Shown: positions 60,601 to 64,000 of the stretch, piece after piece | Numbering within the stretch: the stretch's first letter is position 1 | Layout: the number at the start of each line of letters is the position of its first letter | Assembly: GCA_022709525.1 (NCBI GenBank) | Contig: JAKLIQ010000001.1 | Location: forward strand, 78,709 to 142,708 | DNA from: Candidatus Omnitrophota bacterium | Lineage (GTDB): Bacteria > Omnitrophota > Omnitrophia > Omnitrophales > Aquincolibacteriaceae | Direction of reading: 5' to 3' | DNA: 64,000 bases | Notes under the pieces: generated by a model | Told to the model about the DNA's origin: nothing | Seen by the model: only the letters and a program-made list of their open reading frames with translations | Databases searched by the model: none | Translations under genes and position numbers: made by a program

Positions 60601-63600
60601 CAGAAGATATGGCGCTTAAAAAGATCACGCTTGTGAAGAGCCGTCAGGATTTTGAAGCCCAGGCGATAGAACTTTCCGAACAGATAGAACAAGCGAAATT
60701 CGAAGCGCTTTACCGCCTGGCTTGGCAGGATGAGGTGGCGCGCGCCCAGATCAAAGAAAATGTAGATGCCGGCGTCGCCCAGATCAATGCACAGATATCC
60801 AGTTTGGAGTCCCAGCGTTTTAAAAAAGTTAAAGAATGTCGCAGCTTTCTTTTTTGGAAACATTGCGAAGAAAGGACCTACGAGGTCCCGGGTGTCCAAT
60901 CCGCCATCAATCAATTAGCGGGCCAGCGCGCCGAGCTTGTTCGGACCGGTGAAGAGCAGCTCGCGGCGATTCCTGGCGCGATGGCGGCGAAACAGATCGA
61001 GATCGAACAGGCGACAGCTCAAAAGATGGCCGAACTGGTCGCGCAAAAAGAAGCTTTTCTTTTGGATATCCTGCGCGAAGAAATGGAACCGATCATTACG
61101 GATTTTTATCGCCGCATCCTCGGCCGGGATGCCAGTGAAGAAGAATTCAATTCCTGGGTTGACCGGTATAAGGAGGCCGGGGCGCTTGATATTCAAATTC
61201 TTCAAACGGAATTGCAAACCTCCGAAGAAAAGATCCTTCGTGAAGCCCAAAAAACAGCCATCATCGAAAATATCAGGACCCTTTTAAATACTTATGTGGC
61301 CGGAACTCCGGAAGAAAAGTCAGCGATCCTGCAAACTTTACATCTCGAGGCTTCCGAGGCCGTGGATCTTAACGCGGAAGATGTGAACAAGATCCTCGAA
61401 TGGCTCGAAAGCCGCGATCTCCATTTCGGGCAATCCGCATTCTTATCCCTTAAGGAAATGCTCGCTTCTAAAGGCGTGGATGTCCCTGTGGAGACGATTG
61501 GAAAAGAAGCGATCCTGATCGACATCTTGGCCGGCGTGATCACGCGCTTCACGGAAGGCGATATTCTGATCTCAACATTTGCTCTCAACAGGACCGCGGC
61601 TATTCATGGCCAGGAATTTACCACGGTCAAATATTCCTATCAGGATCTTCTCGCGCTTTATCAAAGCGTATGCCCGGATCTTGCGAGCGCTTGCCCCTTG
61701 CGCGTGATCGCCCATATCGATGAAGACCATTTTGTGGTCATCAAGAAAGTGACAGATACCGAGGTTATCTATGAAGAGACCAATAAAGGGGCGAATGGCT
61801 CGGATGTCACGATCTCAAGAGAAAATTTTCTCAGGGTTTGGACCGCGGAAAATGATGCGGGACATTTAATTGTCTCGCAGGAACAGGCGCTTGAAACACA
61901 GAGGCTTTCCGATCAGGAAGCCATGAGGATAAGAGGCTCTTTCTTCGGGATCGACGATCTTATTTTTTGGGCTTTTGTGGCGAGCATGGTCTTTACGGTA
62001 GCGTCGGTCGCCGTTTCTTTCTTCAGTCCCGCGCTCGGGAAGATCCTCGGCTATGCGGCGCTTGTGGCCGGCATTGTGGGGATCGTGGCGAGCATCGGTC
62101 AGTTCGTCGTGCAGGGTCTTAAGATGGTTTTTTCCAGCATCTCAAGTCAGGGCTTTTTTTCTACCATCAAACAAGGCCTGGCTTATGTGGGAAAAGTTCT
62201 CTGGGCGCCCGTTAAGGCCGTAGGCCAGTTCATCCAGAACGGTTTTCAATTTCTAACAAGTGGTTTTTCAGCCGGGTTCGGGAGTTTTGGTTCCGGGATC
62301 GCCCAAATAAAAGATTTTCTTCTAGTCGGGGCGAACGAAATTTATAAAGACGGTGTTTTGATCGGCCGCGAATTTACATTTTCCCAGATCGCGGCCCGTC
62401 AATTAGTGGCGGCGGGACTTAATATGGGTGTTTCAAGCGGTCTGGAAGGTTTAGGGCTTGATCCTCAGCTTTGCCAGCTCGCGGGCGCTTTTGTGGGCGG
62501 GGGTTTTCTTGGGATCGGGCAGGCGGGTTCAAGTTTCATACGGTCGGGACTGCAGAATTTTGCCTTACAAGGCGTTTCCCAGCTTGGGCTTCGGCTCGGC
62601 CTCGCGCCGCCGATCGCAAGCGCCCTCTCACTTGTTGCCTCCACGAGCCTTACCGCTTTATTTGACGGCAGTTTTAACCTTAAAACTTTTTCTGATATCG
62701 CTCCCACCCTCGCATCCCAGCTCACCATGGGCGGCATGGAACTCATCGGCCGCTCCTTAGGCCTCGATCCCCGCATTACACAGCTTTTAGGACTCCCCAT
62801 ATCCTCAATCGTAGGAAATATTACAGCCCGATTTTCGGGAACTGTTATCGGGTATCGGGATGATGGTACGCCGATTTATGTGACAAGCCAATATGATACC
62901 GGTTCCCTCTGGGATTCCATAAAAAATTCCTTGGTTAATGGCATCCAACAAATCGGATTTGTTTTTGGGGGAGAATCTACGAATTCGATCTTTGGTTCTT
63001 TGCTGAGCAGCAGCATTTTAAATTCTGTCGGAAGTATTTTGGGCAGCGAAGGACTTTTCAATGGCATTTTGGATATTCTTAAAACGACGGTTCTTGCGCC
63101 CTTGAATCTTATAAACGGTATTGTCCAGACAACGATCCAAGGGCTTCGGAATTTCAATGATCTGATCCAGGAAAAAGGATTAATCGGAGCCTTTGAATCG
63201 TTAGCCACTTCCATTTTTAGCCGGAGTGCCCTCGAAAAGCTTCTTGGTTTTGGAGGGATTTCGGGGTTTTTAGGTTCTGCGGCTAAAAACTTGACCACGC
63301 TCGCAAATGGCCAGCAGGTGCAGGAACAGAAAGTCGACGGCTCCACATCTCTTTATTATGATCTGTTTGGAAATTTTATTGGCAAGAAAGAGAACGGAGT
63401 TACGCAGATCGGCACCTTTGGCATTAACTCTGTGGGCAAGTGGGCGCTTCTGGCAGGAACTTTTATTAGTAATGTAGTAGCTGATTGGGCATTTGCCGGA
63501 GAAGTAAATAATGGCCAACTCAAAAGCGGAAAGCTTTATCAAAACGGAACACTCGTAGGTGAATTTACACCTGAAAATAATGATGGAAGCATTATCATCA

Positions 63601-64000
63601 ATGGCAGTCACCCAGATGCTCAGCGGTTCAGTTCCTCAGGCGGATTCTGGGGCATGGTTTTTAAATTCATACCTTATGCCATGGAGTTTGTGTTCAACGG
63701 CGGCCTTCTTCAGGGGGTTAATTTTACTTCTGGTTCTTCCCAAAATACGGATTCCAATAAGCCATTTTTTGTTTTAGCGAATGGTGTTGGAAATCCTTCG
63801 GCTACAGGTTCGCCCGATTACATTAATAATTTAACATCCGATCTTCAAACAAGCAGCAATGGCCAGATTGCTTATGATGACATTATAAAACCACCGCTTT
63901 ATAATGCATTGCTCAATGGCGGGACAACCGACCAGGTAAAAGATATCCTGCATTGGATCGCAGAATCAAATACCCCCTATATCCGTTTGGACCTTGTCGG
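51669..64000 (+). CDS. Giant secreted multidomain protein, more than 4,100 aa, continuing past the window end. Domains in order: signal peptide; parallel beta-helix repeats; long uncharacterized region; YD-like repeats; C39-like papain-fold domain; TM-helix cluster; Gly/Ser-rich segments.
   Basis: Frame 0 is open from the stop at 51654 to the window end. No complete + ORF in that frame appears in the track, and manual translation found no stop. Signal peptide VKSAFSYPVRIVAILTAILFAWNQIVWA. Other landmarks are NNVILRNSRVVDN...NNILIERVFFQNN (PbH1-like) and YD-like motifs (YDYDALGRL, YSYGALRRIT..YELSYEFD, WFYDKDGKLL...YEYSEF). A C39-like pattern is HFGQSAFLSLKEMLASKG...HFVVIKKV...NFLRVW. Hydrophobic helices lie at about 61960-62115. 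Confidence 0.7.
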   Translation, partial: MKSAFSYPVRIVAILTAILFAWNQIVWADGIQSVQPYDPETSQPTTSAISQDPPVAPETLSLPETTQDFLTSDFPLSPATPESPDGQGGGEPLQTETTADGHTLFHVYENESIQEAINGASVGDTVFLHAGIYNQSVTLRQGVNLKGEDSATVILDGQGMFRDVILAQGDNLIEGITVKGGAPYAGPKSAIRIEGNNVILRNSRVVDNADYGVYLRSGNNILIERVFFQNNHLAIQHPSAAATNVVIRYNTMVNNSIGINILSGVTPRIENNIITGSSFCAIYEFNWNAYATGQLSRGFAVLENNVFSGNAWRPTAYGSSTPPVVENSAAGNITADPQFNSDYSIPETSPAYGKGAFLPAAFLWAVNRADQFNVSYSIQTIFENGTAKGFRILYTEGSHEEFYNNGAMVLDITPPQISFSSTSIFTNQVDYEFVYIVDNIEKKEFYHLNPGQNPITLEAVDIFGNKASQTVIVMLDQVAPTGTLTINDGDQETNSRFVVLSFDIQDDSPLKDVRFSLDGGNSWMDWEEFAASKVITFSEDEGEKEILCQLRDAAGNSASFSDVIRFTMSPSKPAIQFLSPSTATNPLYLLRYTVNGVERQETWQLQPGENHLMVCSSFGTLPAFGDHVVVLDQEETPLPEMPVFSGLPSALTSVTASNGLIFKYDPSTLVAIEKTGEYTLFNLIFDAQNNLTGGVLLFENGDQLLFQNNKPIYRLAQSGERTVYNEDGSVAYVLTVDNKKIRFAYHVDISGKVIGIASFEETATSLYDEKGRPVWIKKSGGISILFQDGFLNTYTDAAGNVFHYEVSILREGNDLIGYRSELVSVALSGTSVEMPIATVLNDLESYPSIKPTIEEEISKTIEYDAAGNMKTVISGKGEILRLAAQLPEALTNNAGEIFQFQSSILQDNEWFSMASDQGSLEQIFDAQGQLAGIRLSDGTVFDISALSLNEIRLEDGSILSQLVWNGQNLTGFRRQNTDGSADIYQNSYLMEHVDPEGNRTLYILYKEPGKPTQHKPSEIHMADGRTYKVIEFKNASGALERINELTSITLPDGGKVEFENGVPVRYIQYQEVRLDAETLPELPNGQSYIPSLTFPELELRGITIDATGNILSGEILYRDGTQHLIKNGVLYKQITPGGQIVEFNENFENTWDPPQATLPQPLTQEELAYRNALIEAQLDYFKEGVGLHQLTGLPLDNYQTGAAEPADYSQATLVGFWAEILVAIATGDYVTSKMTQEEALSKLENLLAAYRQAQLEAGWNGMLAFFTIVESQEEILDSQGLPTGEMRTVIHYENRFNQYGFGDTLNLSVSLASVIGALEGRSLGASLDIFKNNILETANNILTDQEAGYAAFYDPSKKRFHGSYAKDPATGTWKFVKDFYIDRVFSEFRTGLIWLAAKYPQYQEAVNAIDVAFRSYQSESGEVVDNVAPWDGGAFQMFWPQIHVDETQYPEFAVALRNFLYTQAEFVNQNDIAGLLSAGADPGQGYEGKIGVPYAAETDDPLHTDIGSLYGLASAFSVAPHYVLQFFKNIEAAIPGVLTGAGFADSVKFLTETSTDPVSGEELITRTPVLATEYFGVDQASFVLSLLQTSRSYFSNYLNQTNTKNSFDNLYRSFQFNLTPVEKNLPPPPDFGLTQENLYTGSETNPDGNGYPLVKEDAFISSLFDPEYGEGHIYNYRTPSGAFHHTGIEFLSSAGETVSMGLQEFLLLPGRRDAARSLFESLNFDLFDQAKAQGAFYTPGYGFANGALAYVPPMGEVQTVQFDFRDVTRPVGLWAQFQGIDLNNFDFISVPIKLDLNTDVAMRLKFELKGMGEVFITPELTHEWQYIQVPIKKPSSLLTEIAVVAQSMDGSPIKGEFLLGPLSTFKIRTNNTIDWQSLIGKTNAQLQNLLKSAALEQPSSGGIVTKEEILEDFVIDSQGKLVSGILRKANGEIQYYQSGQLMKWVFPSGRTVLFENGLATFVVDLARGQLEESRFYYDQDLRGQLHSFVIQENDRKRVFNAQGELELLVEEGFLAHFEQGEILSIETPTATLTNIVLADDLRILTAHVKMKNGSEFDIDQTQEQAVSFSDGVKLFYSNREVTAIETPSNGRTELQYDYDALGRLMGVNVSFQEVGSSAVVEMSLSDFLNLPSREVEKTYLLKEGALDLDSVSSILGYSVGGTVNHLWLDARKEGGSFYNGWACTEPACWNFGYNANTPTIGMAFNYAAPVNLSDYDFLSVTIRLDPGVTWPQDFVLSVKDGYWARFSYAIQGLTEEYQTFTIPLAGKTWAMNQLTLEIQGGDHDPLAYGSMGKVFLEDVSFFSIHDGENPIWEAQAGITDAQIQNLKIESDNLNSVGAHIASQTPLQYEALRAFLDLPTYMIYQQETSGSDFQLEHFRRFDGSQIDLEGQNVSRVILPDGTINEYSATGNTAEGTILDPGNGVSDIGNINYSYGALRRITQADGRQYELSYEFDPGGAEITVFRDILTGEVRRFKGGKLISATDPNQIQTHYLYENGELIGAELTYHNRVLNSTQYFFNGEETQVTDERGTTWFYDKDGKLLKHMTRDGFLYEYSEFTQPLSEGQTVDPDDYKNAVYAGNGLTAVTLKGYQAPNGSWILWDEEHGSEIHLASGAQGVNLVFDGEQKIQSGQIQFPDGMLLEIENYIPVRGRLASGETFEYTLPQATDHEILQGPDGSYLGFCFKIGTTRFTYSPLGELVKTESEDGVTHLFTYTRNRWGDIINYTNLERRQIAFNGVPFPKEVKLIAGTDQKLMDSGNEIAVHNGNGFIVGIYKESANQWDVYSGSFASEADRIGLRHFLSEIKTGDFVAMTVSDSAFSQVDEEIFSLLEGMGAGAVRQAAASNSSWSFFGNENLNLGEGREAVGVNSFSTLTETSRFESLIRNQNLFFQNAPMSLNIAPEISAGFSQFLKDYLPLKAARDLQAVTVYNKQDEIVFSRRLDGINSYYEFGKVRETFDGNGELLSVHEYVCPETGCHSAEDMALKKITLVKSRQDFEAQAIELSEQIEQAKFEALYRLAWQDEVARAQIKENVDAGVAQINAQISSLESQRFKKVKECRSFLFWKHCEERTYEVPGVQSAINQLAGQRAELVRTGEEQLAAIPGAMAAKQIEIEQATAQKMAELVAQKEAFLLDILREEMEPIITDFYRRILGRDASEEEFNSWVDRYKEAGALDIQILQTELQTSEEKILREAQKTAIIENIRTLLNTYVAGTPEEKSAILQTLHLEASEAVDLNAEDVNKILEWLESRDLHFGQSAFLSLKEMLASKGVDVPVETIGKEAILIDILAGVITRFTEGDILISTFALNRTAAIHGQEFTTVKYSYQDLLALYQSVCPDLASACPLRVIAHIDEDHFVVIKKVTDTEVIYEETNKGANGSDVTISRENFLRVWTAENDAGHLIVSQEQALETQRLSDQEAMRIRGSFFGIDDLIFWAFVASMVFTVASVAVSFFSPALGKILGYAALVAGIVGIVASIGQFVVQGLKMVFSSISSQGFFSTIKQGLAYVGKVLWAPVKAVGQFIQNGFQFLTSGFSAGFGSFGSGIAQIKDFLLVGANEIYKDGVLIGREFTFSQIAARQLVAAGLNMGVSSGLEGLGLDPQLCQLAGAFVGGGFLGIGQAGSSFIRSGLQNFALQGVSQLGLRLGLAPPIASALSLVASTSLTALFDGSFNLKTFSDIAPTLASQLTMGGMELIGRSLGLDPRITQLLGLPISSIVGNITARFSGTVIGYRDDGTPIYVTSQYDTGSLWDSIKNSLVNGIQQIGFVFGGESTNSIFGSLLSSSILNSVGSILGSEGLFNGILDILKTTVLAPLNLINGIVQTTIQGLRNFNDLIQEKGLIGAFESLATSIFSRSALEKLLGFGGISGFLGSAAKNLTTLANGQQVQEQKVDGSTSLYYDLFGNFIGKKENGVTQIGTFGINSVGKWALLAGTFISNVVADWAFAGEVNNGQLKSGKLYQNGTLVGEFTPENNDGSIIINGSHPDAQRFSSSGGFWGMVFKFIPYAMEFVFNGGLLQGVNFTSGSSQNTDSNKPFFVLANGVGNPSATGSPDYINNLTSDLQTSSNGQIAYDDIIKPPLYNALLNGGTTDQVKDILHWIAESNTPYIRLDLV

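Overview
This 64-kb window appears to come from a Gram-negative bacterium, possibly a candidate phylum. Core genes are about 55-60% GC. Lower-GC segments are at about 30.2-35.7 kb and from about 50.9 kb to the end of the window.

Identified core genes, in order:
- the 3' end of a type III glutamine synthetase;
- a frameshifted gene for a PEP/pyruvate-binding protein;
- a sigma54-driven amtB-glnK operon that continues into a porin gene;
- a lipid A block: a Gfo/Idh/MocA oxidoreductase, lpxB, and a divergent msbA;
- an aspartate-family block: hom, thrC, an iPGM-like proposed homoserine kinase, lysC, and a citramalate synthase-like gene;
- valS, nadC and uvrB;
- murB;
- an ECF sigma / anti-sigma / CpxP-like module;
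- hrcA-grpE-dnaJ;
- a thioesterase, gpsA, and a FadL-like outer membrane protein.

The findings that most deserve a second look:
1. The initiator tRNA-fMet gene is split in its anticodon loop by a 617-nt group I intron. The intron carries an Azoarcus-like catalytic core and a 140-aa ORF that may be a PD-(D/E)xK-type homing endonuclease. The intron-containing tRNA is abutted, and partly overlapped antisense, by a large serine recombinase. A low-GC accessory island follows. It contains a class II Fic gene, a secreted PLD-type Nuc nuclease, iteron-like repeats, ATGGTATA operator-like boxes, and three uncharacterized genes.
2. A family of palindromic elements bounded by GGGACTCG...CGAGTCCC occurs six times. 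Four copies sit immediately after stop codons. Two are inserted in-frame inside valS, reminiscent of Rickettsia palindromic elements.
3. A giant secreted-protein gene of more than 4,100 codons runs off the window end. Its product has a beta-helix segment, YD-like repeats, a C39-like fold and a membrane segment. It is translationally coupled (GTGA overlap) to a small ribbon-helix-helix (RHH)-like gene.

Other notable items are a 1,554-aa repeat-rich autotransporter and two paralogous small secreted proteins.

All calls rest on reading the sequence and remembered family motifs. No database searches were run. Start codons were chosen by eye from RBS context and are approximate in places.
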